The notes: generated by a model from the letters alone, not told the origin. Positions 34,058-45,190 are shown, numbered from the stretch's first letter. The stretch is 64,000 nucleotides of DNA from Nitrososphaeria archaeon (GCA_963752255.1 CAVVXT010000002.1:1-64000), one strand, 5' to 3'. Made by a program: numbers and translations.

Positions 34058-34444
34058 CTATACGGTATTGCCCCATTTTTCAATCCAAAGTTCCTGTTCA
34101 GTTTTCCCCAACGGTACAGGGTTTACATTTTCGGGCAGTAATGATTGCACCAAAGCAGTCTCTTCTAGTAGACAATATTTATTTAAATCTATTTGTACGC
34201 CATCCAAACTATCTAGTAATAGTTTATATGATTGATTTATAACCTTGATTTTCTTTTCGTATTCTCTCAATTTATCTGGGTCATCTATAGTTTCAGGATG
34301 CCTATCCGGATGATATTCAAATACTCTTCTCTTGTAAGAACTCTTAATGTCAGACTCAAGGGGATACTTCAAGTTAAATATCTGTAATGCTCTTTCCCTG
34401 AAGGAATCTTCTCTTGTAGCTATCGGCATAATTACTTTAGGCAT
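34058..34444 (-). CDS. J-domain protein
   Basis: IKSSYKRRVFEYHPDR...INQSYKLL. Confidence 0.8.
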   Translation of the reverse strand: MPKVIMPIATREDSFRERALQIFNLKYPLESDIKSSYKRRVFEYHPDRHPETIDDPDKLREYEKKIKVINQSYKLLLDSLDGVQIDLNKYCLLEETALVQSLLPENVNPVPLGKTEQELWIEKWGNTV

Positions 34445-34665
34445 TATAGAGTATTTATGACTTTCAAGATTGCGGGAACTATCTTATCAATATTAGCGCT
34501 AGTTCAGCAAATGTAATATCAATTTAGAATGTTTACGATAAGGATTTTTCCCTTTTGGTGATACTAATGTTCTGATTGTTTAATCCACTTCGATTGGTCC
34601 CATTTCAAGAGTAAAGCGAACTTCAAACTCACGATTTTCATTCTTGGCTATAGAAAGAACGTCGG

Positions 34666-34750
34666 GTGATTTATCTCCAATCTTACATTGAAATACATCA
34701 TCGACCAAAAAATAAAACATCTTAACATCATCGACCAAAAAATAAAACAT
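34666..34750. repeat. 35-bp dispersed repeat copy 2 plus 26-bp direct duplication
   Basis: ACATCATCGACCAAAAAATAAAACAT at 34695 and at 34725. Confidence 0.8.
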
Positions 34751-34791
34751 ATTATAGACCCTTTTTACTCATAAGCAAAGGGGGTATCTAT

Positions 34792-35208
34792 ATGAAAAAT
34801 GACGAAAACAAGGAATTAGAAAGAATCAAACAAGCAAAATTGCGAGAGAAGATGAAAATGTTGGCTTCTGAAAAACAAGGAGCATCCTTGAATGAACCTG
34901 TTGAGATGACTGATGCAACATTTAAAGAAATGATTCAGAATCATTCACTGGTAGTGGTTGATTGTTGGGCGCCTTGGTGTGGTCCATGTCAAATGGTCGC
35001 CCCCGTTATAAAGGAACTGGCGAGAGATTATGCAGGGAAAATCTTATTTGGAAAGCTGAATGTAGACAATAATCAAGAAGTTAGTACACAGTATGAAATA
35101 ATGAGCATCCCAACACTGTTAGTGTTCAAAAATGGAAAACTTGTAGACACGATTATCGGCGCAACACCAAGAGAAATGCTGGAACCAAAAATAAGAAGTT
35201 ATCTTTAA
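34792..35208 (+). CDS. trxA: Thioredoxin
   Basis: WAPWCGPC, SIPTL. Confidence 0.95.
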   Translation: MKNDENKELERIKQAKLREKMKMLASEKQGASLNEPVEMTDATFKEMIQNHSLVVVDCWAPWCGPCQMVAPVIKELARDYAGKILFGKLNVDNNQEVSTQYEIMSIPTLLVFKNGKLVDTIIGATPREMLEPKIRSYL

Positions 35209-35500
35209 GACTAACGAAATTGATTGTAGAGATAAAAATAAACTATGACAAATGCATTGGATGTAAGGAATACATTAAAGCATGTGAATACGTAGTACTA
35301 AAGTGACTTGACGACATGCCTATGGCCGTAAATCCTAAAAGTTGTGCACTTTGTTTTAGGAAAAATAAAGGTTCTGTTAAGTCTTAGGGTGATTAGATTA
35401 TTCTTCATATTAACTGTCGGGTGAGGGCATGCGTTCTGGAAAGTGCGGATCTGGAGATTGGATGATGCAACCTAGCAAAAGGGATGGCTGACGGAAACCA

Positions 35501-37591
35501 ATGGCGACCGATCCTGTCTGCGGAATGTTCGTTGAAGAGTCTCCAGAAGCACTCCATGCAACCGTAAGGGGGATAACCTACTACTTCTGCAGCGAGTCCT
35601 GCCTTAGGACCTTCACCGCACCAGAAGTGGAGCTAAGGAGGCTGAAGCGAATGGTAGCGCTGAGCGTAGTGCTTGCTGCACCCACGCTCGTGCTCACCTA
35701 CATCCCGTTCCCGATGCCAGTGCCGCTCCCCTGGCTTCTGCTATGCCTTGCGACACCGGTGCAGTTCGTGGCAGGATGGAGGTTCTACCAAGGCGCTTGG
35801 TACGCGATCAAGATGAGGATGTCCAACATGGATTTTCTTATCGCCGTAGGCACCTCCGCCGCTTACTTTTACAGTCTGATCTACGTGCTCTTCCCTTCGG
35901 AGTTCCCCTACGGAGGGTTGTTCTTCGACGCCTCTACCATGATCACGGCGCTGATCCTGATTGGGAAGCTCATCGAGCACTCGGTAAGGGGCAAGGCGAC
36001 GGACGCGATCCGCAAGCTCATGGACCTGCAGCCTAGGAACGCTACCGTATTGAGGGAGGGGGTGGAGCAGGAGGTACCAGTAGAGAAGGTCGAGGTCGGG
36101 GATCTCTTTCTCGTTAGGCCGGGAGAGAGAGTTGCGACTGACGGAAAGATAATGGAGGGTCATTCTTCAGTCGATGAGAAGTTCCTTACGGGAGAGAGCA
36201 TCCCTGTCGAGAAGAGCGTCGGAGACCAGGTCATTGGTGCGTCCATAAACATGGCCGGTTCTCTCAAGGTGGAGGCTACCCACGTGGGAATGGACACGAC
36301 TCTCTCGAAGATAGTTCAGGTCGTTCAGGAAGCTCAGAACACCAAGAGCCCCGTGGAGAGGCTGGCAGACCGGATCGCCGCCTATTTTGTGCCCATCGTA
36401 GTAGTCGTCGCGCTCGCGTCGTTTAGCTATTGGGTCCTGATCGGTGATAAGCCCGTGAGTTTCGCGTTCACGGCGGCTGTGGCCGTCCTGGTGATCGCCT
36501 GCCCCTGCGCGCTCGGACTCGCGACTCCAGCGGCAATTGTCGTGGGGGCTGGGAAGGGAGCCGAGAACGGAATCCTGATCAAGGGGGGTGAGTACCTAGA
36601 GAGAGCGCAGAAGATAGATACGGTGGTCTTCGACAAGACAGGGACGCTGACGAAGGGGGAGCCCTCGGTCACCGATATTGTGGTCGTCTCGGATTCAAAG
36701 TATGATGAGGACGAAATCCTTCGGCTATCTGCCGTGGCCGAGAAGCAGTCCGAGCATCCGCTAGCCTCGGCGATAATCAACAAGGCAAAGGAGACGTTCG
36801 GAGAAGAAAAACTACCCGAGCCTGATTCCTTCGAGTCGATTTCAGGGCAGGGGGTGCGTGTCTCGTACAGGGGCGACACCCTGCTCCTTGGGAATTTGAG
36901 GCTGCTCGAGTCGAACGGGGTGAGCATTGACGGAGGAGCTCAGTCAACACTCGATGAGCTGCGCGCAGAGGGAAAGACGGCTATGATTCTGGCCGTCAAT
37001 AACAGGATTGCTGGCGTGATTGCGGTGGCTGACACCGTGAAGGAGTCGGCGCAGGAGGCCATTCAAGCTCTCCGGAAGATGAAGATTGATGTGGTAATGC
37101 TTACCGGGGACAATAAACTGACGGCGGAGGCGATCGCGCGTCGATTGGGAATCGAGCGTTACTTCGCCGAGGTGCTCCCTGTGGAGAAGTCCCGTGTGGT
37201 GAAGCAGCTGCAGTCTGAGGGAAGGGTCGTGGCGATGGTCGGAGATGGTATAAACGACGCACCAGCCATTGCGCAGTCGGACGTGGGTATCGCCATCGGC
37301 TCAGGCTCGGACATTGCGATTGAGACTGGTGGCCTGATTCTCATGAGAGACGACCTCAGAGACGTGGTCGCCGGGATTCAGCTCTCAAGGAAGACCATGG
37401 CTAAGATCAAGGAGAACCTTGTCTGGGCGTTCGCTTACAACATAGCACTGATCCCGGTCGCGGCAGGTCTGCTCTACGTTATCACCGGTGTTCTCTTGAA
37501 TCCGATACTGTCTGGAGCCGCGATGGCGATGTCGTCTGTGACTGTCGTTTCGAACTCCCTGACGCTGAGGAGGTTCAAGCCCAGACTATGA
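35501..37591 (+). CDS. copA: Cu+-translocating P1B ATPase with N-terminal YHS/TRASH domain
   Basis: DPVCGM..YYFCS..C, TGES, CPC, DKTGT, SEHPLA, GDGIND, YN, MAMSS. Confidence 0.93.
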   Translation: MATDPVCGMFVEESPEALHATVRGITYYFCSESCLRTFTAPEVELRRLKRMVALSVVLAAPTLVLTYIPFPMPVPLPWLLLCLATPVQFVAGWRFYQGAWYAIKMRMSNMDFLIAVGTSAAYFYSLIYVLFPSEFPYGGLFFDASTMITALILIGKLIEHSVRGKATDAIRKLMDLQPRNATVLREGVEQEVPVEKVEVGDLFLVRPGERVATDGKIMEGHSSVDEKFLTGESIPVEKSVGDQVIGASINMAGSLKVEATHVGMDTTLSKIVQVVQEAQNTKSPVERLADRIAAYFVPIVVVVALASFSYWVLIGDKPVSFAFTAAVAVLVIACPCALGLATPAAIVVGAGKGAENGILIKGGEYLERAQKIDTVVFDKTGTLTKGEPSVTDIVVVSDSKYDEDEILRLSAVAEKQSEHPLASAIINKAKETFGEEKLPEPDSFESISGQGVRVSYRGDTLLLGNLRLLESNGVSIDGGAQSTLDELRAEGKTAMILAVNNRIAGVIAVADTVKESAQEAIQALRKMKIDVVMLTGDNKLTAEAIARRLGIERYFAEVLPVEKSRVVKQLQSEGRVVAMVGDGINDAPAIAQSDVGIAIGSGSDIAIETGGLILMRDDLRDVVAGIQLSRKTMAKIKENLVWAFAYNIALIPVAAGLLYVITGVLLNPILSGAAMAMSSVTVVSNSLTLRRFKPRL

Positions 37592-37833
37592 CGGTAGCAA
37601 ACGGGAGAGTTTCGTTCACCGTGAGCTCCTTGGACTGCATCGTATGTATGCCGGTCTTCCAGAGGAAACTGGTAAATCTGAAGGGAATCAAAAGCGTGAA
37701 GCCCCTGCCCATGCTCAACAAGATTGTAGTCGAGTTTTCCACGGCCGACGTCTCAGAGGAGGAAGTGAAGAAGGAGGTCATAAGTATCGCCGAGAAGGCC
37801 GGCCTCGCTGAGAAGATAATCTTCGGTAGGTAG
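37588..37833 (+). CDS. Heavy-metal-associated (CopZ-like) protein
   Basis: LDCIVC motif; start overlaps the copA stop. Confidence 0.75.
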   Translation: MTVANGRVSFTVSSLDCIVCMPVFQRKLVNLKGIKSVKPLPMLNKIVVEFSTADVSEEEVKKEVISIAEKAGLAEKIIFGR

Positions 37834-37875
37834 ACCGGTAACCATTATATAACTTCTCCAGTTAGAAGGAAGGGA

Positions 37876-38048
37876 ATGGCAGCGATAGATCCTGTCTGTA
37901 AGATGAGAGTGGACGAAAAGACGGCCAAATTCAAGTCAGAATACGAGGGACGACATACTACTTCTGTAGTCCACTGTGCAAGAAGACGTTTGACGGCAAA
38001 CCTAAGAGATATATCATCTTTCACCTGAATCAAATTGTTTACTCATAA
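37876..38048 (+). CDS. YHS/TRASH domain protein, frameshifted
   Basis: MAAIDPVCKMRVDEKTAKFKSEYEG / TYYFCSPLCKKTF. Confidence 0.75.
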
Positions 38049-38301
38049 GCGCTGAATCTTTCTATTTTTCTTTTTAATTTACGTTCAGATTTTTTAAATA
38101 CTTCAAAAGAATCTCGCCTGCGCTAATGCTAGGATCGTCTAGTCTAACATTGCACAAAACCGCTACCGCAACACAGCTATCGTTCCTGGAGCATAAGATT
38201 GGTTTTCGGTTTCTTGAGAATGGGTCATCAAAATAGTAACATCATAAGAAGCGAAGAGTTATATTGACGAAGTAAAGCCTACTTAACAGTCGTGCAGAAG
38301 C

Positions 38302-38961
38302 ATGGACGCTACACTAAGAGGCAATCGAGCAATTACAATTTCAATTGTATGTTTAATCGGGTTTCTGTTGATTGACCTCCTTAGAGGAAACTTGAGCCAA
38401 ATAAACAATGGAGTAAATTCGTGGGCAGCAACGATCCATATGATCGACTTCACACTAGTGGCTAAGCTTGTGGCAGTTGGCTTCGATACAGCTCCTCTGT
38501 TAGCGCTTTCACTTGTGATAGGAACAGTGTTGTTCCTGATGAAGATGAGGAAAAATGCTTTGGTGTTGGTAGGGGCTATGGCTGGAAACGCAGTGATATT
38601 GGAAGTGCTTAAAACGTTCATCTATTCTCCGAGACCTTTGAACGAACTGGTGCTTGAAACAGGTAATTCTTTTCCAAGCGGTCACGTTACAAGCACAGTA
38701 GTTCTTTTCGGTTTGCTGGCATTTTTCACCTGGCAAATTTGGAAAAGTACAAGTTTTAAAGCAGTATCTAGCGTTCTTGTTGCAGCTTTGGCCCTGCTTG
38801 TAGGATTTACTAGAATATACCTAAACGTTCACTGGCTCACCGACGTCGTAGGCGGATACTTCCTCGGCGTCTTCTGGCTTGCATTCTGCATCGCCATAAC
38901 TCCATACATTGTGAAGATATACAGTGAAAAGCTGAAAAAAAGGCGCTTAACCAACAAATAA
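38302..38961 (+). CDS. PAP2 family phosphatase
   Basis: K......RP, SFPSGH, TRIYLNVHWLTDV. Confidence 0.92.
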   Translation: MDATLRGNRAITISIVCLIGFLLIDLLRGNLSQINNGVNSWAATIHMIDFTLVAKLVAVGFDTAPLLALSLVIGTVLFLMKMRKNALVLVGAMAGNAVILEVLKTFIYSPRPLNELVLETGNSFPSGHVTSTVVLFGLLAFFTWQIWKSTSFKAVSSVLVAALALLVGFTRIYLNVHWLTDVVGGYFLGVFWLAFCIAITPYIVKIYSEKLKKRRLTNK

Positions 38962-39197
38962 CTTTCCAAAACGCCGTCTTCGTGACTGTGCATAGTTAAG
39001 AGGAAAGTATATTATAATTAAGAGCATAAATTATGTGAACATATTCGAGAGGCTGGTTCACATCACTATGGCTAAAAATTTTGTTTACGTTAAAAAGTTT
39101 ATATTAAATTAGAATCAATAAAATATTTAAAATAATAGATTGAATCATAAACTTTTTATAGACGTGCTGGCATTAACTTCATCTAATCTGATCCAAT

Positions 39198-39569
39198 ATG
39201 GTAGAGCAAGAAACTTGGGAGGATAAATGTTGCCGTTGTGAGGGTGACGTTAAAGTAAACTTATTCCCTGGAAAAAGAGCATGCCATGTTACCTGTGGCT
39301 CATGTCTCTACCCGGATGATTGGGGAAAATGTTTATCGTGTGAGATTGTAGGCCATTGCCAGTATGCTTTAGAATATCTTAAAAGCCTTAAGCCGAACGG
39401 CATCAAAAAGGGATGTTTCTTCCAAGAGCAACTTCAAGGAGATGAAAACCTGTACCAAACATTGAACTTCGTAAACGGACAACAGAGTTTGATTAAAAAG
39501 ACAACGGAAAAAGATTATTTGGAAAGCTTAAAAAAAGCAAATGCCAAAAGCCCTTGTATCCTAAAATAA
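39198..39569 (+). CDS. Cys-rich hypothetical protein
   Basis: CCRC, TCGSC, CLSC; TATA upstream. Confidence 0.55.
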   Translation: MVEQETWEDKCCRCEGDVKVNLFPGKRACHVTCGSCLYPDDWGKCLSCEIVGHCQYALEYLKSLKPNGIKKGCFFQEQLQGDENLYQTLNFVNGQQSLIKKTTEKDYLESLKKANAKSPCILK

Positions 39570-39685
39570 AAGATAAAATATCTGAACCAACTCTCTTGAA
39601 ATTCATTTCTAGTGTATTGTATTGAAAAGGCAGGCTCCCGAAAAAGTTAATTAAGCAGGAAAAGAGCTATAATAAATGTACCAAG

Positions 39686-39922
39686 TTGATAGTCGCGTAC
39701 ATATTAGTAAAAGTGGAGTCAGGGAAAGATGAGGAAGTTCTAAGAGAAATTAAGAAAATGGAGGGGGTCAAGCAGACAACCCCAACATATGGCAACTACG
39801 ATTTGCATGTTGAGGTTTCATTTGATACTATGGAGGCGCTTGATAGAATCATCTTCGAAAAAATTCGTAGGGTTCCTGGAGTAAAAGAGACCGTGACATT
39901 GATAGCTTCAAGAGGGAATTAA
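39686..39922 (+). CDS. Stand-alone Lrp/AsnC ligand-binding (RAM) domain
   Basis: AYILVKVESG, YGNYD, IRRVPGVKETVTLI. Confidence 0.85.
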   Translation: MIVAYILVKVESGKDEEVLREIKKMEGVKQTTPTYGNYDLHVEVSFDTMEALDRIIFEKIRRVPGVKETVTLIASRGN

Positions 39923-40237
39923 GTGTCTAAGTTAGGGTGTAGAGAAGTCTACTTCATTAAAGCAACACAAGTATACCAGATCGACTTCCTTATTGAGAGG
40001 GTCAAAGAAGTTTTAAAAGAGATGGGGCTTCCCCCTGAGTATGACATAATGGTTTACAAGAATGTATACGCATGCTGTGGTGTAGGAGGCATTGGCTTAG
40101 TTATTGAAGTGGTTGGGCCTGAAGAGGAGAAGATAAAGGCGATAGATTTGAGAGCAGTGTCAAGGGTTCTTGAGTTCTGCGAGAAGGAAGGTTATGATGT
40201 AGAGTATCATTTCTTGGGAAAGTATGAATCACAATGA
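39923..40237 (+). CDS. Hypothetical protein with ACCG motif
   Basis: Abuts the RAM-domain gene; YKNVYACCGVGG. Confidence 0.6.
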   Translation: MSKLGCREVYFIKATQVYQIDFLIERVKEVLKEMGLPPEYDIMVYKNVYACCGVGGIGLVIEVVGPEEEKIKAIDLRAVSRVLEFCEKEGYDVEYHFLGKYESQ

Positions 40238-40320
40238 TAGCGTTAGCGCACTGTCTTGCTCGTTGAATCTCGGGCATAAGCGATTGTTCCAAGATGATTC
40301 TGTACCTTCACATTTGCATT

Positions 40321-40743
40321 TTATAGTTCACTTTTTTCAACAGCTTTTGTAATCAGGTCTCTTAACGCGTCTCGGACATTTTGAAATACCCTTAGAATTT
40401 CTTCTTCAGTGCCGACAGCTTCCGATGGATCCTGAAAACTCCAATGAATAAATCTTTTAGCTCCTGGAAAATAAGGGCAAACCTCTTTTGATTCGTCACA
40501 TACTGTAACCACTACATCGATGCCTTTTCCAATGAACTCAATGAAGGATTTAGCTTTGTTATCTAAGATGTCTATCCCGATTTCTGCCATGACTTTAATG
40601 GCGTATGGATTAACTTTTGTTGGAGCAAGACCCGCACTATAGGCCACAAATCTATCCCCAAATAGATGGTTTAGTAGGCCTTCCGCCATCTGAGACCTAG
40701 GAGAGTTGTGAACACAAAGGAAGAGAACTTTAACACGTGGCAT
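40321..40743 (-). CDS. arsC: Thioredoxin-coupled arsenate reductase (LMW-PTP fold)
   Basis: FLCVHNSPRSQMAEG, TVCD....CP.FPG, HW.F.DP. Confidence 0.9.
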   Translation of the reverse strand: MPRVKVLFLCVHNSPRSQMAEGLLNHLFGDRFVAYSAGLAPTKVNPYAIKVMAEIGIDILDNKAKSFIEFIGKGIDVVVTVCDESKEVCPYFPGAKRFIHWSFQDPSEAVGTEEEILRVFQNVRDALRDLITKAVEKSEL

Positions 40744-40757
40744 AAAGATTGACTCTT

Positions 40758-41105
40758 TTAAATTATCTGCTCAATAGCATGTCCCGAGAGACTTTCGGCC
40801 ACTTCAGGTGACACAGTATCAATTATATCGAACACCCTCCTGTCTGTAATCGAATAAAATCTCCGAGTCCCATCCCTTCTATCCTTTAGCAGCCCAGAAT
40901 CTTTTAGAATCTTCAGGTGGCGTGAAACTATAGGCTGAGGCATTTTAATATACGGGATTATCTCGCACACACATTTCTCTCCATTTCTCAAATACTCAAT
41001 AATCTTGAGCCTGATAGGATCCGAAAGTGCATAAAAGATCTTGACCCTAAATTTGTCAAAGCGGTCCTTCCGAGCTTTGTGATTAGTAATTTTCTTGTTA
41101 ACCAT
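40758..41105 (-). CDS. arsR: ArsR/SmtB regulator
   Basis: ALSDPIRL.I, EKCVCEI, VSRHLKIL. Confidence 0.92.
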   Translation of the reverse strand: MVNKKITNHKARKDRFDKFRVKIFYALSDPIRLKIIEYLRNGEKCVCEIIPYIKMPQPIVSRHLKILKDSGLLKDRRDGTRRFYSITDRRVFDIIDTVSPEVAESLSGHAIEQII

Positions 41106-41165
41106 TTAAAACACCTATAGTGTGTTCATCACCAATTTAAAGTTGACATCTGTTCCCAAAACTCC

Positions 41166-41591
41166 TCACATAACAGATATCTGAGGCTCGACTATAAGCT
41201 CACTTTTAATTGAACTTGCTATCAAACTATATTTTAGCGCAGACTTTATAGCCTTTTCAATATTCTCTCTTGTTGTATTTCTTGCGACTATATTTGGCCT
41301 TAAAATTATCCTTGAAAAGTGTGAAGTTTGATCAATTAGATCCTCAGCAAAACCTTCTGCCTCACATGTATATGAAACTAAATCAATCTTATACCTCTCA
41401 GTAGACCAGATGAACATCATATGCACGCACATATTTACAGCTGCTACAAATGCATCCTCAGGTGTGAGTACACCTGGATATCCCTGCAAGGAAGGGGGTG
41501 CTGAAAACTTCATATGTGGACCATTGCTGCAAGTTACCTCACCCCAATGTCCCTGCAACCAAGTTACTTTCGTCTTATAGATGTGAATCAT
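41166..41591 (-). CDS. OsmC-like protein with second Cys replaced by Ser
   Basis: TPEDAFVAAVNMC; KYSLIASSIK where the family has KYC.I.NS. Confidence 0.8.
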   Translation of the reverse strand: MIHIYKTKVTWLQGHWGEVTCSNGPHMKFSAPPSLQGYPGVLTPEDAFVAAVNMCVHMMFIWSTERYKIDLVSYTCEAEGFAEDLIDQTSHFSRIILRPNIVARNTTRENIEKAIKSALKYSLIASSIKSELIVEPQISVM

Positions 41592-42489
41592 GTGGTCGTC
41601 TCGCTCCCAAGATTACGTCAACTTTTTTAGCTATCTCCTCGGCTATCTTAATTGCCATATCCATGCCTTTGGGGTTCAGTTCACGTCTTGATCCGGCCTG
41701 TTGCAGCGATTGTTCATCCAGCAGTTCGGTAATAACTACTGAGTCAATAACTCGGCCGCTAAGCATCTCCGTACCCCTCTTCGCACACTTTTTACTACAT
41801 CCATCAACAGTAATCGTTGGATGGACGTTCGTAAACATTCTCTCTTCTAATCCACCTGCAAGAAATAAGGGGAGACAAATTGTAACAGTATGATATGGTC
41901 TAAGTTTTTCGAGCGCTATTCTGGTAGCTATCCTTGAGAGAGTTCCTTCAATGCAGTTCTCACCGCTACAGGATACGATTCCCACTTTGCTGAATGATTC
42001 TTGTCGTTCGTTTGAGACCTGTGGAAGAGATGTACAGCTACATGGTATAGATGCTTGTTTGCTCATAATTATGTTACCTTTTTGTTCAGACTCTGTTTTT
42101 TCAAGTTCTCTATGCACTTCCTCCGCCAAGATATAGGCAATCTTTTTTCCATTCTCGTCGATCTGTGTGATTTCCTTTGTCACAAGGCCTCGGTTCTTCT
42201 TTATAACTTCTAGAACTTGGAAAGACTTCTGTACTTGCCCTCCAACAAATTCAACGTTCTTCTTCGCACAAGTAAGAGGACAGCCATCGATCGTGATACA
42301 TGAACTGCTGTTGACAAGTTTTCTAGTTTCTTCATCGATAAGCAGTAGAGGAAGGCATATAGTGTCTGTCTTTTCTTTCGCAAGCTTCTCTGTGACCAAG
42401 TAGGTTGCTTCTCTCCCTACAGTTCCGAACGCCTTTCCTATTCCACTGCAAGGTATTATGATGGTCTTCTTGTTCTGGTACTCAGTCAT
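41575..42489 (-). CDS. Tandem DGC-domain (putative zinc-binding) protein
   Basis: Two repeats of CSG...TICLP...IT.DGC...CAK. Confidence 0.85.
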   Translation of the reverse strand: MTEYQNKKTIIIPCSGIGKAFGTVGREATYLVTEKLAKEKTDTICLPLLLIDEETRKLVNSSSCITIDGCPLTCAKKNVEFVGGQVQKSFQVLEVIKKNRGLVTKEITQIDENGKKIAYILAEEVHRELEKTESEQKGNIIMSKQASIPCSCTSLPQVSNERQESFSKVGIVSCSGENCIEGTLSRIATRIALEKLRPYHTVTICLPLFLAGGLEERMFTNVHPTITVDGCSKKCAKRGTEMLSGRVIDSVVITELLDEQSLQQAGSRRELNPKGMDMAIKIAEEIAKKVDVILGARRPHDSHL

Positions 42490-42980
42490 TAGACCACCTT
42501 CTTTAAACCTCTTTCAGTTTCTACAATTTTTCCTTTCATTACTTCGAAGTATTTTTCAGCCTTCAAGAGCAGCTTCCTATCCATTTCAAAATTGGAAGGC
42601 ATAATTACGACCATCCACCCCGATTCATAAGGATCTTGGTTAATAAGTTCAGGTTCTTTGTCAAGTCTATGATTGACTTCTTTAATACTCCCCGTGATTG
42701 GTGAAAGTAGGGATGTAATTGCTTTAATTGACTCGACTAAAACTAGTTCTTGGGACCTTTTAACATAATCCCCTTCCTTGGGTAGCGTGATGAATGTTAT
42801 GTCACCAATGGTCTTCTGAACGAAATCCGCAATCCCAATTCGTACGGAATCGTTCTCTATTCTGACCCATACACCTTCCTCAGAATATAGGCATTTTTTA
42901 CTCACTTTGAAGATGAACTTATCAACAGTCATACTGATATATTCTTCTGCATTCGAACGCGGTCTATTTTCTTCAGACAC
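42489..42980 (-). CDS. Glycine cleavage H-like lipoyl carrier protein
   Basis: RIGIADF, VESIKA (lipoyl Lys retained), SPITG, PELINQDPY..GW. Confidence 0.88.
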   Translation of the reverse strand: MSEENRPRSNAEEYISMTVDKFIFKVSKKCLYSEEGVWVRIENDSVRIGIADFVQKTIGDITFITLPKEGDYVKRSQELVLVESIKAITSLLSPITGSIKEVNHRLDKEPELINQDPYESGWMVVIMPSNFEMDRKLLLKAEKYFEVMKGKIVETERGLKKVV

Positions 42981-43251
42981 GTATGTTCACCATTACTATC
43001 ATAGACGATGACAAAACATCGGCTTTTCCAACTCAGCCATACCTTGAGAAGTACCGCTCTCTCTCCTAAATAGTATTATGAAAGGTAAGCTCATTGGTTT
43101 TTCGTCCGCCAATAGCACGTTAAAGTTGAGATAAGCATCAACCTCGAACTTCTCAACAATCCCAAAAACCTTTATTTTCATCCAATCACTAAAACTTGAT
43201 GCAACATCATTTTTTTCATCTTTCTACATTAATATAAGGGATAATTATAAC

Positions 43252-43265
43252 AATATTTAAATATT
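43252..43265. promoter_or_regulatory. Perfect palindrome AATATTTAAATATT (TATA/operator); second copy at 46528-46541
   Basis: Precedes both copies of the thioredoxin-like gene. Confidence 0.55.
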
Positions 43266-43288
43266 ATGATATATAGGGTTCGAATAAG

Positions 43289-43564
43289 GTGGTTGATTTG
43301 AAAGACATAGTTATTGAAATTTTCGGGCCTGAACCTCCTTGCGCACGCTGCCAGGCTACAAAGAAGGTTGTGGAAAAGGTTGCCGAGAAACTGGTCCTCG
43401 ATGGACTCAATGTGAAGGTGGAGAGGGCTAACATAGTTTCAAAGGATACAATCTCAAAGTATGGTGTACTGCTTTCCCCGGCTGTAGCGGTTAATGGAAA
43501 AGTCAAAATTATGGGACGGATTCCCAAGGAAGAAGAAATTGAGAGGTTGATCAGAGAAACATAA
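43289..43564 (+). CDS. Small redox-active thioredoxin-like protein, copy 1
   Basis: GPEPPCARC, YGVLLSPAVAVNG. Confidence 0.88.
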   Translation: MVDLKDIVIEIFGPEPPCARCQATKKVVEKVAEKLVLDGLNVKVERANIVSKDTISKYGVLLSPAVAVNGKVKIMGRIPKEEEIERLIRET

Positions 43565-43571
43565 AAGGTGC

Positions 43572-43766
43572 TTGAGAGTGCCCAAAGAAATTGGCAGAAG
43601 AATTAGGACCTATGCTCTTTTATCTTTCATAATAGCGGTTATAGGACTCTTATTAAAGATGTCAAAAATTGTACGTTGGAAAGTTGTCTTGACATATGCG
43701 ATTATTGCTTGGGCAGGTAGCGTATTCTTTGGGTTACTGTACGGGCTTTTAATTGGTTCTCTATAA
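43572..43766 (+). pseudogene. Internally deleted permease (ArsP-like) remnant
   Basis: N-terminus shared with 46147-46215, fused to a permease-like C-terminus. Confidence 0.5.
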
Positions 43767-43777
43767 GGTGAATTTTT

Positions 43778-44833
43778 TTGGAAAAAGATGAAAAAAAGAA
43801 GCTATCCTTTCTCAGCCGATTTCTCACTCTCTGGATATTCTTGGCCATGATGCTAGGCGTTGGCCTAGGATATGTCTTCCCCAGGATCTCTGAAATAATA
43901 AGTTCAGTAAGTGTTGGAACTACTTCAATTCCTATAGCAGTTGGGCTGATCTGGATGATGTTTCCTCCCCTAGCAAAGGTCAGATACGAGGAATTGGGGA
44001 AGGTTGTTACAGCAAAGGGCTCGAAGAAGATGCTTTCTACTTCGCTGATTTTAAATTGGTTAATTGGGCCTCTTTTAATGTTTTCATTAGCATGGATATT
44101 TTTGGCAAATTATCCGACTTTCAGAAATGGAATAATTCTCGTAGGTTTGGCAAGGTGCATCGCCATGGTCATCGTCTGGAACGACCTTGCTGAAGGGGAC
44201 AGCGAGTGGGCTGCGATACTTGTAGCATTAAACTCCATCTTCCAGATACTGTTCTACTCAGTTTTAGCGTACTTCTACATAACTCTTGCAAGTTCTTGGA
44301 TTGGAGGACAAGGGACAGTCGTCAACATCTCTTTTATAGGAGTAGCGGAGTCTGTAGCGATATACTTGGGGATACCTTTCTTCGGCGGTATGTTAGCAAG
44401 GTACTACTTTCTGAAAACGAAGGGAAGGGAATGGTACGACCATAAACTGATGCCGAAGCTGAGCCCGACTTCTTTGTTCGCACTTCTTTTCACGATAGTG
44501 GTCATGTTCTCACTTAAGGGGGAATATATCGTGACACTACCACTAGATGTCGTAAGGATAGCGATACCATTGATAGCCTATTTCATTCCAATGTTCCTAA
44601 TATCATTCATCTTAGGTTACTACTTGAAGCTAAACTACAAAAGGACTACTTCGCTTGCCTTCACTGCAGCAAGTAATAATTTCGAATTAGCTATTGCTGT
44701 GGCAGTCGCAGTTTTTGGTTTATCCTCGCAAGAAGCTTTTGCAACGGTAATTGGACCTTTGATAGAAGTGCCTGTCATGATAGGCTTGGTGAATGTGGCT
44801 ATCTGGGCAAAAAGACGCGTGTTTTCAGAATGA
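43778..44833 (+). CDS. acr3: Acr3 arsenite efflux transporter
   Basis: [36 protein letters not shown]. Confidence 0.95.
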   Translation: MEKDEKKKLSFLSRFLTLWIFLAMMLGVGLGYVFPRISEIISSVSVGTTSIPIAVGLIWMMFPPLAKVRYEELGKVVTAKGSKKMLSTSLILNWLIGPLLMFSLAWIFLANYPTFRNGIILVGLARCIAMVIVWNDLAEGDSEWAAILVALNSIFQILFYSVLAYFYITLASSWIGGQGTVVNISFIGVAESVAIYLGIPFFGGMLARYYFLKTKGREWYDHKLMPKLSPTSLFALLFTIVVMFSLKGEYIVTLPLDVVRIAIPLIAYFIPMFLISFILGYYLKLNYKRTTSLAFTAASNNFELAIAVAVAVFGLSSQEAFATVIGPLIEVPVMIGLVNVAIWAKRRVFSE

Positions 44834-44911
44834 TGAGACCCATTTTTTGAGGTCTCTAAGACAATGCATTATACTTAAATATGGAAAAAAAATTCAAGAG
44901 GGTAGAAGACT

Positions 44912-45190
44912 ATGACGCCTATGAGAAAGGTTAAGGTTGAAGTGGTCGTGTCTGAGCCTCCTTGCTCAACGAGCCTTCTCGTCCTTCGCACCCTCAAAGA
45001 GATTAATGAGGAGTTGAAAGGTGATGTGGAATTGACGATCTACTCCTATCTAGACGAGAGAGCAAAGGCTCTGAATGTAAAGACGACGCCAAGAGTGTTC
45101 GTTGGAGGAGAAGCTCTGCCATCAAGGCGACCTTCTAAGGCTGAAGTGATGCACCTGATAGAGGCTAAACTAAAGGAGGTATCGGCTTGA
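44912..45190 (+). CDS. Thioredoxin-fold protein (CxxS)
   Basis: EPPCSTS, TTP.VFVGG. Confidence 0.7.
   Translation: MTPMRKVKVEVVVSEPPCSTSLLVLRTLKEINEELKGDVELTIYSYLDERAKALNVKTTPRVFVGGEALPSRRPSKAEVMHLIEAKLKEVSA

Noticed and set aside
42489-42980. Complete glycine cleavage system
   Set aside because: Only an H-like protein is present; P, T and L genes are absent from the window.
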